Source: Eledone cirrhosa (taxonomy: Eukaryota). Taken from it: DNA of 64,000 bases. Under the pieces are notes generated by a model. It did no database searches, had not been told where the DNA came from, and was given only the letters and a program-made list of their open reading frames with translations. Shown piece by piece: positions 1 to 13,672 of this stretch (position 1 is its first letter; each line of letters starts with the position of its first letter). The position numbers were made by a program, and so were the translations under genes. The stretch is from positions 331,452,001 to 331,516,000 of the forward strand of contig OZ024741.1 of the NCBI GenBank assembly GCA_964016885.1, in the 5' to 3' direction.

Positions 1-1079
1 CCAGAGAAGGACAGAAAATAAGAGAGAGAGGGAGATTGAGAGAGGGGGGAGGGGGAGATTGAGAGAGAGAGAAAGAGAGGAAGTGAGAAAGAGATATAGA
101 GAAAGAATCAACCCCAATAGACTGGTACTTTCTTTTATCAACCTCGAAAGGATGAAAGGCAAAGTTCTCTCAAATCATGCCAACCCGTCTTAAAAGAAAT
201 GACTCATTAGTTCATTAATGTAGTAAAAATAGATAAGATTAGATTTGTTGCCACAGTTGAAGATATCATTCCTGGTGGCTATCTCTCCCTTTTAGAGACT
301 AAGAAAATGTGACATGGGCTGTATGTAGTTGTGCCATAGAAAATTTGCCAAACAAAGTGGTGAGAGGACTCTTTGTAGTGTTAAATACATGACAACCTTC
401 CTAGTGTTGGGAACCACAAAATGCATCTAATGCACTCCATATGGTGCACTCTATATGTAAGATGTAAGGGCCTCTCTAGCTCATCTGAGAGTCCTCTTAA
501 AGGAAAGGATGTATTATTTCATTAATGTGATAAGAAATATCATTAAAACGACAGGCTGGTGAAGACAGGAATGCCTTTGATCATAAGTTTGCTGAATCCG
601 GGCTCACCTAGGGCTAAACAAGGACAATTAGTTAACTCTTTCATTACCATATTTCTAATGAAAGATGCTGCTAATTATTTACAAATAATTTTGAAAATTA
701 TCAAAAGGGTGAGAGAGTGAGAGAGAGAAGGAGAGAGAGAGAGAGAGGGAGTGAGCAGGAGAAAGAGAGAGAGAATGTAAGATGATCAGCCCTTGCTGTT
801 GATAGATACTGTGATCATGAAGGTTGGAGCAAATCTTTGATAGCAGACTTAATTCATTGCTCAGTTTAACACCACTATATATACCGGGAATGTCTTTAGC
901 TCACCCCACTCTGTTGCAAGCAATCATATTAGGGGCATCTCTTCTCCCCATCAGCCATGGAAACATTGAAAAAACTTCATAAGCTTTTCCCTCCTCCCTT
1001 TGACTAAGCTATGAAAATGATTTAAAAAAAAAAAATACCTGACCATAGATTTACGCCTTGTAAGTTTCTCTCTGAGGCA

Positions 1080-1350
1080 CAAACCCAAGCAAAGTGTATT
1101 TGTGGAAGACTAGCAGTTGCCCATACACACAGGAGGCCCCTCCCCATGCCTCCAATCTTGTCTAGGGAAAAGGCAAATGCTATTACAGCTTAGCACTTAT
1201 GACATCACAACTAATTTTTTCCAGCTGAGTGAACTGGAGTAACATGAAATAAAGTGCCTTGCTCAAGGACACAATGCACTACCTTAGTCTGGGAATGGAA
1301 CTCACAACCTCACGATTCTGAGCCCACCACTCTAACCACTGAGCCATTGG
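1080..1350 (-). mobile_element. tRNA-derived CORE-type SINE, degenerate
   Basis: Reverse complement of the head (ggctcagtggttagag...gtgagttc) and CORE-like segment (ttgagcaaggcactttatttca...ccagttcactcagctg) seen in other copies. Confidence 0.65.
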
Positions 1351-1714
1351 CATGTGAAAACAAAACAATTATTATCTACTAGCAGGTGTATCTGGCCTTG
1401 CCCAGGTCATTTATTAATAGTTAAAGTAAATACAATTATGTGAAATTCACTATATTTTAGATAAATTGCTTTAAAAAAAATCCTGATAATCTTCAGTTTG
1501 TCTAGGAATATTGATTCATTCAGAATTCTTGCATCCAGGCAATTCAAAAGATGGTGCAATGTGAGTTTCATAAAAATATACAAAATACTACACAAATATG
1601 GAACCTAAAATAAAATTTCACTCTTTTACTTCCCAAGAAAACATCTAATTTACATAATTACTCTAAATGAATTATTTTTCTAATCAGTAACTCTTTCCAG
1701 TTATAATTTAAAGT

Positions 1715-2295
1715 GTTCATCATCATCATTGTCATAACCACCACAATCATCATCATCTTCATCATCATCACCTTCATCTTCATCATCATAACCACCACTG
1801 CAATCATCATCATCTTCATCTTCATCATCATAACCACCACCACAATCATCATCATCTTCATCATCATCACCTTCATCTTCATCATCATAACCACCACCAC
1901 AATCATCATCATCTTCATCTTCATCATCATAACCACCACCACAATCATCATCATTTTCATCATAACCACCACCACAATCATCATCATCTTCATCTTCATC
2001 ATCATAACCACCACCACAATCATCATCATCTTCATCTTCATCATCATAACCACCACCACAATCATCATCATCTTCATCTTCATCATCATAACCACTACCA
2101 CAATCATCATCATCTTCATCCTCATCATCATAATCACCACTACAATTATCATCATCATCATAACCAGCACCACAATCATCATCATCATCATCATCATCAT
2201 CATGATAATCACCACCACAATCATCATCATCATCATCATCATAATCATCATCATCATCATCATGATCACCAATACAATCATATCATCATCATCAC
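1715..2295. repeat. CAT-based minisatellite (catcttcatcatcataaccaccaccacaatcat-type unit, ~30-39 bp)
   Basis: Tandem compound triplet units; source of the spurious poly-I/M/V ORFs. Confidence 0.95.
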
Positions 2296-2535
2296 CATTT
2301 TACATTCATGTTCCAGTTTGGATGAGTTGTCATGTTTTGGATCTAAATAGGTCAGATGACTACATCATGGTCATATATTCCAGTTTGGCATCAAGTCTAC
2401 ACCCGGATATCCTTCCTAACACCATCCACTCTTCAGTGTGAACTGGGTCGATTTTATCATTTTATCATGGCACCAGTACTATATTTATCTAAAAAACAAC
2501 TTCCATCATAATTTTATGTAAGAAACTTTCATTAA

Positions 2536-2737
2536 CCCTTTAATGTTCAAACCGGCCAAAACCGGCCAGAATTCTCTACATCTTTCTGTTGAAACTGGCT
2601 GTAACCGGTCGCTCAAACTGATGTTGAGGTATTGTTCTCAAAATAAATACTTTTAAAATCTCATAGATTCGATATTATGTGAGATAATTATGCAAGATAA
2701 ATAATAGTATACATAGAGTAATGTAAATGTTAAAGGG
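2536..2737. mobile_element. piggyBac-like MITE
   Basis: TTAA|CCCTTTAATGTT ... AATGTTAAAGGG|TTAA termini with TTAA target duplication. Confidence 0.7.
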
Positions 2738-3272
2738 TTAAGTTATATTCCAAAGAACAACTATAGAAATTAATACACAATAACAATGATGTTAGCTATG
2801 TATGGTCTCATTATTTTAAATGATATTCTTGTAATTTTTTATAACCGTAATTCTATTACTTATAATCTTGATAAACACTTTTTAATTATACTTCGAAATA
2901 CAAAATATGATTAGTTTTACTATAGACCAGTATCAAATAATTGAAATGAAAAATAAACATATTTATTATATGAAATCTCTCAATGTAATGAAAAAACATT
3001 GACATATGAAAATATTTTATCAGTATTTAATAAAAACAAAAGACAATACTAACTCTTTAGCATTTACATTACTCTCTCTATATATACTATTGTATTTTTG
3101 CGGCAAAGGCTTTATCTTACATAATGTCTCTATCAGTCACAACTCCTGACAGAAGGAGCAACGTGAAATAAAGTGTCTTGCTCAAACGCATCATCCTGTC
3201 TGGGAATCAAACTCACAACCTCACAATTGTGAATCCAACCCTCCCACCACTGAGCCATGCACCTTCACTTAA

Positions 3273-3476
3273 CCCTTTAGCATTTACTTTACTCTATATA
3301 TACTATTATATTTCCACAGTAAAATCTTTATCTTACATAATTATCTCACTGTGAGATTTTGATGTTATTTTGAGAACAATACCTTAACATTGGTATGAGC
3401 AGCAGGTTACGGCCGATTTGAACAGAAAGAGGTGGAAGAATTCTGGCCAGATATGGCTGGTTTATATACTAAAGGG
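3273..3476. mobile_element. piggyBac-like MITE, same family, opposite orientation
   Basis: TTAA|CCCTTTAGCATTTA ... TATACTAAAGGG|TTAA; internal gaattctggcc is the reverse complement of ggccagaattc in the 2536 copy. Confidence 0.7.
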
Positions 3477-4682
3477 TTAAAGGGAACAAAAGAGGAAGAA
3501 AGAAAAAGAAGGAAATAAAAAGAAGAAAAAGAAAATAAGGATCATGCAATGAAAGAAAGGGAGAAGGAGATGGACAGACATTACATTCCAGTCTGAGCAG
3601 TGCCTCAACTCCACCCATAGACAAAATGGCAACTTAACGAGAAAGTTAGTTAAAGTACTAAATCATTCCAAATTTGGGATTATTTTCAAAATTATTTGAA
3701 AATCGTAGGCAATCTCTTCTCAATCCTGTCCACTGGGACCACAAGGAAGACTGACCATTAAGTTTCATTTATGATGGTGGCATGTGGAATAAATTTACTT
3801 AAGCTTAGGGTGCTGTTTTGTTGACCATAGAACTTTGTAAACAGCTATATTTGGACCTGGTCTCCTGTTTGCAGATACCTCTGCCTCTCCTCTCTATTAG
3901 TTACAGAGGCTCATTAAAATGGTCACAACTCTGCCCTTGCTTCTGACTAAGTTATATAAGAAAAACTTCCCTATACAGAAGTCTTCCTTCAATTGTTCCT
4001 CTGTTGGCTTTGAGAACGAGTGCTCCAGTTATTTAGCCTGCCTGCTTGTTTAATTTAATGTGTAAACAGTTCAGTATTCCATAGACACATAACCTTTAAA
4101 CATTTTTTGGTAGAATCAAAATAAAAAATCAGCATGAATAATATATGATAAGGGTAGCCCTTAGAATTACAGATTCAATTCATCAAACTTCCAAACAGTT
4201 TCCATCTGCTGAATTTCACCCACAAGTTTAGCATCAATCCAAGATTATGGTAAAAGGAATTTGCTCAAGATGCCAGACACAGTCGTACTGAACCCAGATC
4301 CTCAGGATTGAGAAGCAAATTTCATAACCATCCAGCTATACAGCATCGTTTACAAATAGACAAACATCTATATACTGTTCTATACATTGGTGACAACTGA
4401 AGTTGCTAATTAATTTTTCTAAATTCTGTTTCATATTATTAACTTTGTATTCCTTCACTTATGTATTTCTGCTGTGCTCTTCACCAAAGAGCAAATCATT
4501 ATTGAATTTGTCATGTCAATTTGTGATGCATAATTTGCAGTCTTATCTATTTGTAGCAGAATGAAAGAAAATATGTCGAGGGAAATATTACATTAGATTT
4601 ACTACTTTATTGTTTTCTGCTGGGATTTAAAGAATGAAACTATTTCTTCACACATAACAGCAGTATTTCCATAAATGTTAAA

Positions 4683-4723
<41 letters not shown>

Positions 4724-4779
4724 CACACACGTATATATATATATATATATTTATATATGCGTATATATACATATTTGTG

Positions 4780-4816
<37 letters not shown>

Positions 4817-4962
4817 GTGTGTATACATATATGTGTACATATATGTGTGTACATATGTGTGTATATATATATATATATATACACACATATATATACACAT
4901 ATATATACACACGTCTAACCCATGCTAGTGTGGAAGATAGACGTTAAACGATGATGATGATG

Positions 4963-5028
<66 letters not shown>

Positions 5029-5242
5029 TTTCAGTGCAGATTTCCAAAAGATAGTATCAAAGAATGTAGATTAAAAGTCAATTTGAAACAACGTAGAAAT
5101 TTAGGTAATATATACTGTATATAATATTCTGTTTTTGTTTAGATAAAGAAAAATGAAATAAACTGAAATGTTTAGCTGTATGGATGATTACAATTTTGTG
5201 TTCAACTGTGATGTTAACATGACTCATATATTCCATGTAGTG

Positions 5243-5565
5243 AAGGCATGTAGCTTTGTGGTTAGGGTATTTGACTCACAATCATAAGGTTGTGAGTTCT
5301 ATTCTTGGTGGCATGTTGTGTCCTTAAGCAAGACACTTTATTTTATGTTGCTTCAGTTCACTCAGCTGGCAAAAATGAGTTGTAACTGTAATTCAAAGGG
5401 CCAGCCTTGTCACATTCTGTATCATGCTGAATCTCTCTGAGAACTATGTTAAGGGTAGGTGTGTCTGTGGAATGCTCAGTCACTTGCACGTTAATTTTAT
5501 GAGCAGGCTGTTCTGTTGATCATATCAACTGGAACACTCATTGCAGTAACCAATGGAATGCCAGT
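5243..5565 (+). mobile_element. tRNA-derived CORE-type SINE with alternative tail
   Basis: A-box-like gtggttagg, B-box-like gagttctattc, then ccttaagcaagacactttatttt...cactcagctggcaaaaatgag. Confidence 0.7.
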
Positions 5566-5599
5566 TATATTCAATTGTTTTGCTGTTTGGATGATTCAT

Positions 5600-5840
5600 C
5601 ATTGTGATTAGTTGAATATTCCTCACAAAGTCTCTCCACAATTCATGATTTACCATTGCTTCTGGCAACTGCTTCCTACTGAGGTTTGTATCATTTGAGA
5701 GTTAATCAATGAAGGTTTGAGCAAGTTTTCTTCTACTGCATCTCCCATAAGTTGGTTCCCACAATAGTAGCTTGTGTATAACTTCCTGTTTACTTCTCCA
5801 GCAATGTCCTTCAAATTGTAACCGTAGTTGTTATCTTGTG
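5600..5840 (-). mobile_element. LINE (RTE-like) ORF2 3' fragment
   Basis: Minus-strand frame reads GHCWRSKQEVIHKLLLWEPTYGRCSRRK, a typical non-LTR RT C-terminal tail; second copy at 9560-9800. Confidence 0.65.
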
Positions 5841-6277
5841 AAAGTTTCCGTGTAAACTTTCATTTGTAATACATTGATCCCAGTTTATATTTTGTACAAC
5901 TCCAAGCAGTGTTTAGCCCTGTGGATGATTCCAATTTTGTGTTCAACTGTGACATTAACATCAGTCTTATATTCAAATGAAATTAAGATTAGCTCATATT
6001 GTCACATACAGCTCATATTATCAATAACAGATCACATTTTCAGATACAGAACATATTTTCATAAATGTTGTATCTATTCTAAACTGGATACACACAGTGT
6101 TATATTACTGTTCCAATGGTAATATTAAAAAAAAAGGTTAAAGGGGTTAATGATATTATTATATACCCATATCCCCTTTTGTAAAGCAAAGTGAGTATGT
6201 AATAAGTCTCAAAGCAACGAGAAATGATATGTGGTCAGGAGGAGTTTGTATGGACTTGACGAAAAGCTTGTCTCATA

Positions 6278-6817
6278 ATGGGAGCAGAATCAAAAGCAAC
6301 AACACTGATAGTACAAAGTCAAAATCTCAGTTGTTACACTTCTAGCAACAAAAGTCACTTGAGAGCTTTCTGTTATCAGGGGCCCAAAACAATACCAAAT
6401 AATAAGCAAGTTCCTGGGGCTACTGCTCCTGTAGGATTATCAATCATATTACTGGTTCTGGTGCTAAGGAAGACTGGAAAACCTACTTCCTCTTTGGTTC
6501 CTGGAACTATTGTTCCTGTAGGATTATCAGTCATATCACTGGTTCTGTTGCTAAGGTGGGCTGGAAAATTTACTTCCTCTTTGGTTCCTGAAGAGCAGAC
6601 AATGCCAAAGTATGTCCTCCTAATCCTATCAAAACAAAAACAGACTCAGTCTCAGGAGAGAAAAATTCTCACATTCCTTTTCCACAGAATGGTGCTCCAC
6701 CATCTATTAGTGATGATGAGGATAAGTTTGAGGTTGAGGAAGGCCAGCAGACTGATTGTAACAGGAAGAGAAAAGAAGAGAAGAAATATGAATAAAAAAA
6801 AGGAAAAGGTTAAATAG
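6278..6817 (+). pseudogene. Degenerate LINE ORF1/gag-like remnant with zinc knuckle
   Basis: CYTSSNKSHLRAFC fits C-x2-(C>S)-x4-H-x4-C; followed by an 87 bp tandem duplication and a basic/acidic low-complexity tail. Confidence 0.5.
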
Positions 6818-7384
6818 AGTAATTCCCTGAAATACATACATACTCATCAGAACCAACAACACTGTGTTACTTAACAAAGTGTATGAATTGAAACAGTTAA
6901 ACCCATGTAATATGTGAATGGACTTAGAAATAAAGGATTGCTACTGAGAGCTGCTGAGTGATAGATTCTTACTTCTAACAACAAAATACAGTCACAAAAT
7001 ACATCTGTCCAAGAGATGTGGGTGCTTTTGTTGATAAAGATACCAAAGAAATGCTTACAGGGGATTTTAGTGATTCCCAGTACTGGACTGGTACTTTATC
7101 GATCTCATAAGAATGAAAAGCAACAGTGATCTTGGCGGGATTTGAAATCAGGAAATAACAAACAAACAGTTCTAATGATTCTGCCAATTCAATGCCCACA
7201 CCTTCAGATTTATATAAACTAAAGTTTAAAAGCTGAATTAATGTGACAGAAATCAAACGTAGCACCATGTGTTGGTGTTATTCTGTCATTTACCATATTT
7301 TGAAGTAAGCAGTCTGGATTAGATGCCAAATATAGCCCACACTTTCTCTCTCACTTGCTCTCTCTTTTTCTTTATTACTCACTC

Positions 7385-7405
7385 TCTCTCTTCTCTCTCT
7401 TTCTC

Positions 7406-7457
<52 letters not shown>

Positions 7458-7512
7458 CCTGACAAACAATCTACATTGAAATCGCCTTTTCCATTGTTAA
7501 AAGACCTTGGTG

Positions 7513-7583
<71 letters not shown>
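7385..7583. repeat. Two (CT)n microsatellites
   Basis: Directly visible. Confidence 0.95.
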
Positions 7584-7587
<4 letters not shown>

Positions 7588-7812
7588 CTACCTCACCCAC
7601 CTCCTTCAGTCAAATATTCTCTGTTATCATCTCAAGAGACCTTGTGTAATTTCTTGCTCTCACTCTCACTCTCACTCTCCCCCACACCACCTCCAGTGAA
7701 ATATCCTCTGTTATCATCTCAAGAAATCTATATGCGATTGAACTACATGAAGCCTGTGATAGAACTTTTACACTAAACTTCTTTTCTTCACATTGATTAG
7801 ATTTCCAGGCAA

Positions 7813-8127
7813 TTCATCATCACCATCATTATCATCATTGTCATCGTCATCATTGTTATCATCCTAGTCATCAACATCATCATCATCATCATCGTCATCA
7901 TCGTCAACATCAACATCATCATCATCAACATCATCATTGTCATCATCATCGTCATCATCCTTGTCATCGTCATCATCATCATCATCATCACTGTCATCAT
8001 CATCATTGTCATCATCGTCATCAACATCATCATCATCATCATCATCATCGTATGTGTCATCATCATTGTCTCATCCTTGTCATCGTCATCATGATCATCA
8101 TTGTCATCGTTGTCATTATCACCATCG

Positions 8128-8159
<32 letters not shown>

Positions 8160-8285
8160 GTCATCATCATCATCATCGTCATTGTCATCATCATCGTCAT
8201 TGTCATCATCATCGTCATTGTCATCATCATCGTCATTCTCATCATCATTGTCATCATCATCACTGTTATCACCATCTTCATCATT
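7813..8285. repeat. Compound (CAT/CGT/TGT)n microsatellite
   Basis: Directly visible; continues into an RTE-type tail (ttttaacgcccactttccctgctag) on the minus strand. Confidence 0.95.
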
Positions 8286-8509
8286 ATTTAACGCCCACTT
8301 TCCCTGCTAGCAACAGTTGGATGGGTCTAACCAAACTGTGTGCACTCTAAATTAAAAGTTGGTATTTATTATTTATAACATACGGTTCTTATATAATCAT
8401 TGAGTGAGTAATAAATAGCAGCCAGAGCTGTGAGGATTCAATCTGATTAGGTACATTAAACAATATATCATCATCATCATCACTGTTTAACATCCATTTG
8501 TCCATGATC

Positions 8510-8750
8510 ATCATCACCGTTTTACGTCTGTTCTTTCACGCTAGCATGGGTTAGACAGGTTGTCCTGTTGTGGGCAGTAGCCGGTCAGCTGACCATGCCT
8601 GGCTTGATTTCTACAGCTGGATGCCCTTCCTAACACCAACCTTATTTACAGTGAGTGCTGGGTGCTTTTTTTCCGTGGTGCCTACACGTCCACTTTACAG
8701 TGTGGGCTGGGTGCTTTTTTGCTGTGGCGCCTCCACGACCACTTTGCAGT
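8510..8750 (-). mobile_element. SINE 3' part with RTE-derived tail
   Basis: Matches the reverse complement of 47790-48050. Confidence 0.75.
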
Positions 8751-9274
8751 GGGAGGGTGTGGGGGCATATTGTCTATATGCTTCAGCTTAGGCTTGTACC
8801 CGTGGGAGGTTGGGTCTTCTGTATGATATATATATATGCAAAAAGTAAATAGAAACAACAAAGTAAACATGACAGTACAAGAAATATATCAGTTTAATGC
8901 TTGAAAAGTAGGAAAAGAGTTTTTATGTTTCACACACTAGTCCTCCATCAGAAGATAGAATGAGGAATAAAATCTGAAATAGAAAGATAGAGAGTGAGAA
9001 GAAGAAGAAATGGAAAAAGATTTGTTTTAGAAAAACATGTGAATTCAGTCATCCATTTTGGATATATATATATATACATAAAGGGTTAGAAGGACCCTTT
9101 AGTTTGTGTCAAATTACACTACAACTTCTCCTCTGCACTCAATATGACTGTATGTAAGTGGTATACTGACCCCTCATCCTGTCTGGGAGGTCAGTAGCCC
9201 TGCTTCAGTACTGATTTAGTCTATATAGACTTGTCTAACCCTTGTTAGCAGGGAAAGCGGACATTAAATGATGA

Positions 9275-9327
<53 letters not shown>

Positions 9328-9559
9328 ACGCTTAAGCATATGATTTATTTTAATAAAAACCAGAACAGACTAAACAGAAATCAGCATTTTGCTTAATGAA
9401 CAGATAATCCTGACTAAATTAAATGACATCAAAGACCTCCATACAATTTTGGTCAGTTATATTCATTTACAAGACATTCACAGACCCCAAGACTCTTGTA
9501 GAAGATATTTCCTTGCCCAATGTTTTATACAGTGAGATCATCATGATCATCATCATTAT

Positions 9560-9800
9560 TGCAACTACAGTTGACCATTCCTAATAAAATCTCTCCACAA
9601 TACATGATTTTCCATTTCTCTTGGCAATTGTACCCTACTGAGGTTTGTATCGTCCAAGAATTGATCAATGGAGGTTTGAGCAGGTCTTCCAGTACTGTGT
9701 TTCCTGTGAGTTGATTCCTACAATAGTAGCTTGTGTATAACTTCCTGCTAACTTCTCGGGCAATGTCCTGCAAATTGTAACTGTCTTAGTTGTTATCTTG
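9560..9800 (-). mobile_element. LINE (RTE-like) ORF2 3' fragment
   Basis: Homologous to 5600-5840; LQFAGHCPRS..EVIHKLLL. Confidence 0.65.
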
Positions 9801-10436
9801 GGAAATATAATGCAATGAACTGTGAAGCTTATAACTTTTTCTTACCAGTAGATTCAGATCATTGTCCTATCACAGCAAAGATCAGATTATCACTAAGATG
9901 TAACAAAACAAATAAGACAAAGAAAATTCCACAATGAGATAGTATCTGAAATTACATGGTTGTGAAGCCAACCTCTTTCTTAACCATGTAACCATGTCTT
10001 TGCCCAAACTGTTGCGATTTCTGTGTTGTTACTTCTTTCCACCCTTCCTCCACCTCTATGTCTGTCTGCCCTCCCCACTCTTTCTCTATCTATCTATCTG
10101 TATATATATATCTTCCATCATAAATTTAATATCAGAGCTGATATACTCATAGTAATGAAATTTATATGATGTCCCAACCAAAAATTTTGCAATTTCTTGC
10201 AGGTTTTATGTACAGTATAGCATGAAGTGTTTATTTATTTATTTATCTATCTATCTATTTTTTTCCTTTGGAGTTCCCACAAATGAAAAATCTCTGGTAT
10301 AAATTGATATTTCATTGGGTTTTTCTTTGTTACAAATCTGAACAGCATTGTAATAGATAATAATAATAACAATAGTAATATCACTACTAATAATAACAAT
10401 ACCATTATGGCTGCTGAATCTTTTTAACATACACAC

Positions 10437-10545
<109 letters not shown>

Positions 10546-10884
10546 AGCTACAATGGCTTATATATACATACATGCATGGAAAAATACCTCAATCAATCCA
10601 CATGATTAATACCCCCCCCCCCCCACCACACTGATGCCGAAGTTACATACTGTGCTTAAAACTCACCAGTTTTCTCTTTTTTTCCCCTTTCCATGTTTTA
10701 TTCAAGTCAACTAGCTGTCTCCTTGAATAATTTAGATGATTAAGGCTACAAAAACTTCAATGTAAAGTGTGATGTGATGTATACTCAATTCCGCCATTAC
10801 AACAAAAACTGCTGACAATATGGTAATATGGTTGAATAGCAACCCAAATGGGACACTGGATATTTCAATGAAGGACAAAATATA

Positions 10885-11425
10885 TAACATTTACACGTAT
10901 ACACACACATATACACACATGCATGAACATATATTCACACACATACACACAAATGTATGCACTAAAATATACAACATTTACACACACATATATATACACA
11001 AATGCATGCACATATGCATGCACACACATATACACACAAATACATGCACATATGCATGCACACACATATACACACAAATACATGCACACATGCACACAAA
11101 TACATACACACAAATGCACACACACATGCACACACACACACACACAAATGCATGCGCACAAACACAGACACAAATGGATGCACACATGCACACAAACACA
11201 CACATAAATGTATACACACACACAAATGTATACACACACACACACAAATGTATACACACACACACACACAAATATATGCATGCAAACACTGACACAAAAG
11301 GCTGCATGCACACACACACACACCACACACATAACAAACAAATACATACATACACACATACACACACCACTCACCCCCCCCCCACACACATAAACACAAA
11401 TACATACATACACACATACACACAC
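10885..11425. repeat. CA/TA-rich degenerate minisatellite
   Basis: Repeated cacacaaatgcatgcacacat-like units. Confidence 0.9.
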
Positions 11426-11925
11426 AAGCAAGCAAGAAAAAAAAAAAATGGCTGATCAATGAAAGCTTTCACCATGACGGAACAAATGACAAAACAAGGG
11501 TATCTTTTATTTAGCATATTTTGGTGGCAGAAAACAAAATTTACTTCATTTAACGAATTTCTTTTATATTCACTTTGTTTTTTGTTCACCCTCTCCCACC
11601 ATTTTGTGCCCCCCCCCCCCACACATTTTTTTTGTTTGTCTTCCCCCGCCCGCTCTTCACTACATCCGGAGAGTCTTTCAAACATGTATTTGGTATTAAG
11701 TAGTTTTGTTGGTATATAAACAGAGATAAAAGCTTTATACTACATCAAAAGGACCACAAAGACACTATGTGAAAGAGCTGAAAGTACACACATACACACA
11801 TATATATATATAAATATATATATATATTTATGTACATATATATATATATATAGAAGAGAGAGAAATACATAAACACTCAGACACACATATATATATATAC
11901 ATACAAATATATAAATGCAAAAATA

Positions 11926-11970
<45 letters not shown>

Positions 11971-12552
11971 GTATATATATATATACATACACATACATAT
12001 ATACAATATCCATACACACATATATAGATACATGCATATATACATGTATATAAATATATGACTGTAAATATATGTGTGACAGAGTGTGTGTATACAGGTA
12101 TACAAACATACCCAAATACACATATGTTTATGGTGTTATGTGTATCAATATGGATGTGTTTGTATATATCTAGCAACATTATCTCATATATACTTACCTG
12201 TTATTATGCATACAAACCTTCATCACTTAGCTACAAACATATATACAACAATAGAGTATGCACAACAGTTATGATGTCTAAAATATGTGTATATACCTAT
12301 AATATTTCTTTCTCTTCCTGCTTTCTCTCTCTCTATATATAGATATATTTATACATATGCATCCATATGTATGAGCAAGTCACAGTTATCTCATCTGGAT
12401 GGTCTCATAATGGGACAATTTGTCTAACCCATGCTAGCATGGAAAAATGGACATCAAACAGTGATGATATATATATATATTATAGAAATGCCTTTACAGG
12501 ATTAGAACTGGTCACTTCCCAATACCCATTGGGAATCCACCCATCAATATAT

Positions 12553-12732
12553 GGTGGATTGGCAGTATCGGTAGAGAGTCGGACGCCATGCTTTCCAGCA
12601 TAGTTACGTCCCTTTACGGTCTGAGTTCAAATCCCGCCGAGGTTAACTTTGCCTTTCATCCTTACGGGGTTGATAAAATAAAGTATCAGTAATGTACTGG
12701 ATAATTGCTGGCCTTGTGCCAAAAGTAGAAAC

Positions 12733-12737
<5 letters not shown>
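12553..12737 (+). mobile_element. tRNA-derived SINE with Meta-domain-like core
   Basis: A-box tggcagtatcgg, B-box gagttcaaatccc, core aactttgcctttcatccttacggggttgataaaataaagtatcagt; about a dozen relatives in the window. Confidence 0.85.
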
Positions 12738-12803
<66 letters not shown>

Positions 12804-12810
12804 AATTTTT

Positions 12811-13140
12811 TTAAGTCGTTTGGAAGCCTCGACAATGCAGATGGGTAACAAGATCCGGTGGTGGAGAGAGAGATGTAAGTGGGTGTATGTTGAGATGCGT
12901 GGCGTGTATAAGACTGTAACGTGTAGAGGAATGAAGGAAAGAACGTAAAGGATAAAATAAAAATAACAACACGAGAAAGAGTTACCTTGGGAGATATTTA
13001 ATTGTCCCTATATATTTCGGATTCAATCCATCAACTTTGAATATATTCAAAACAACGAACAGCGGAGGACACGTTTCACACCTTTCCGACAGACAACCTC
13101 CCCCCCCCCCCCGAAAAAAACCCCCAGTTGATGGATGTGA
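12811..13140. repeat. Dispersed repeat, rearranged relative to copy at 57908-58230
   Basis: 12811-13030 is the reverse complement of 58000-58230, while 13043-13140 is a direct match to 57910-58003. Confidence 0.85.
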
Positions 13141-13196
13141 ATATGCATAAGGAAAGTATATACTTTCAGACGTTCAACCATTTGGCAGGAAGGTAT

Positions 13197-13239
13197 ACGT
13201 TGCTGACGATAGCTAATAAGCTTGAAACTAGTACAGCGT
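13197..13239 (+). ncRNA. Minimal type I hammerhead ribozyme
   Basis: ACGTTG-CTGACGA-T-AGCT(AATA)AGCT-T-GAAA-CTAG-TA-CAGCGT: stem I, core, stem II, palindromic ACTAGT stem III, GUA site. Confidence 0.8.
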
Positions 13240-13629
13240 TCCTTTGTCAGTGTTGAACAAATGAGCAACGATGGTTGCTAGACACTGTATGGCTTAATTC
13301 GGGATGTTTGTTTACAAACATACCGAGCATTATAATAAATGTTCGGTGAATCCATACGTATATATATATATATGTGTGCATGTATGTATATATATATATA
13401 CATACTACTGTATGTCTGTATACATATATGTATGTACGTATACATACTTATATTTAAGTAACAGACGTACTAAGAGTGAGAAATGAAATTTCGTTTCATT
13501 TTTTTCGTTTATCGTTTTCGGTACCCCGGCCGATTAACTCACTCGATATGCAAATTAGGCTGCTCAGCCGTTAATATGCATAAGGAAAGTATATACTTTC
13601 AGACATTCAACCATCTGGCAGGAAGGTAC

Positions 13630-13672
13630 ACATTGCTGATGATAGCTAATAAGCTTGAAACTAGTACAGCAT
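13630..13672 (+). ncRNA. Minimal hammerhead ribozyme, copy 2
   Basis: CTGATGA-TAGCTAATAAGCTT-GAAA-CTAGTA-CAGC; stem I weakened. Confidence 0.7.

Noticed and set aside
1375-1600. Possible non-autonomous Helitron/Helentron start (tactagcaggtgtatctggccttgcccagg)
   Set aside because: Single degenerate copy and no second terminus identified
1658-2441. Long ORFs of 207 and 242 aa
   Set aside because: Stop-free translations of a CAT minisatellite
10820-12179. His/Thr, Cys/Val and Tyr/Ile rich ORFs
   Set aside because: CA/TA microsatellite artefacts
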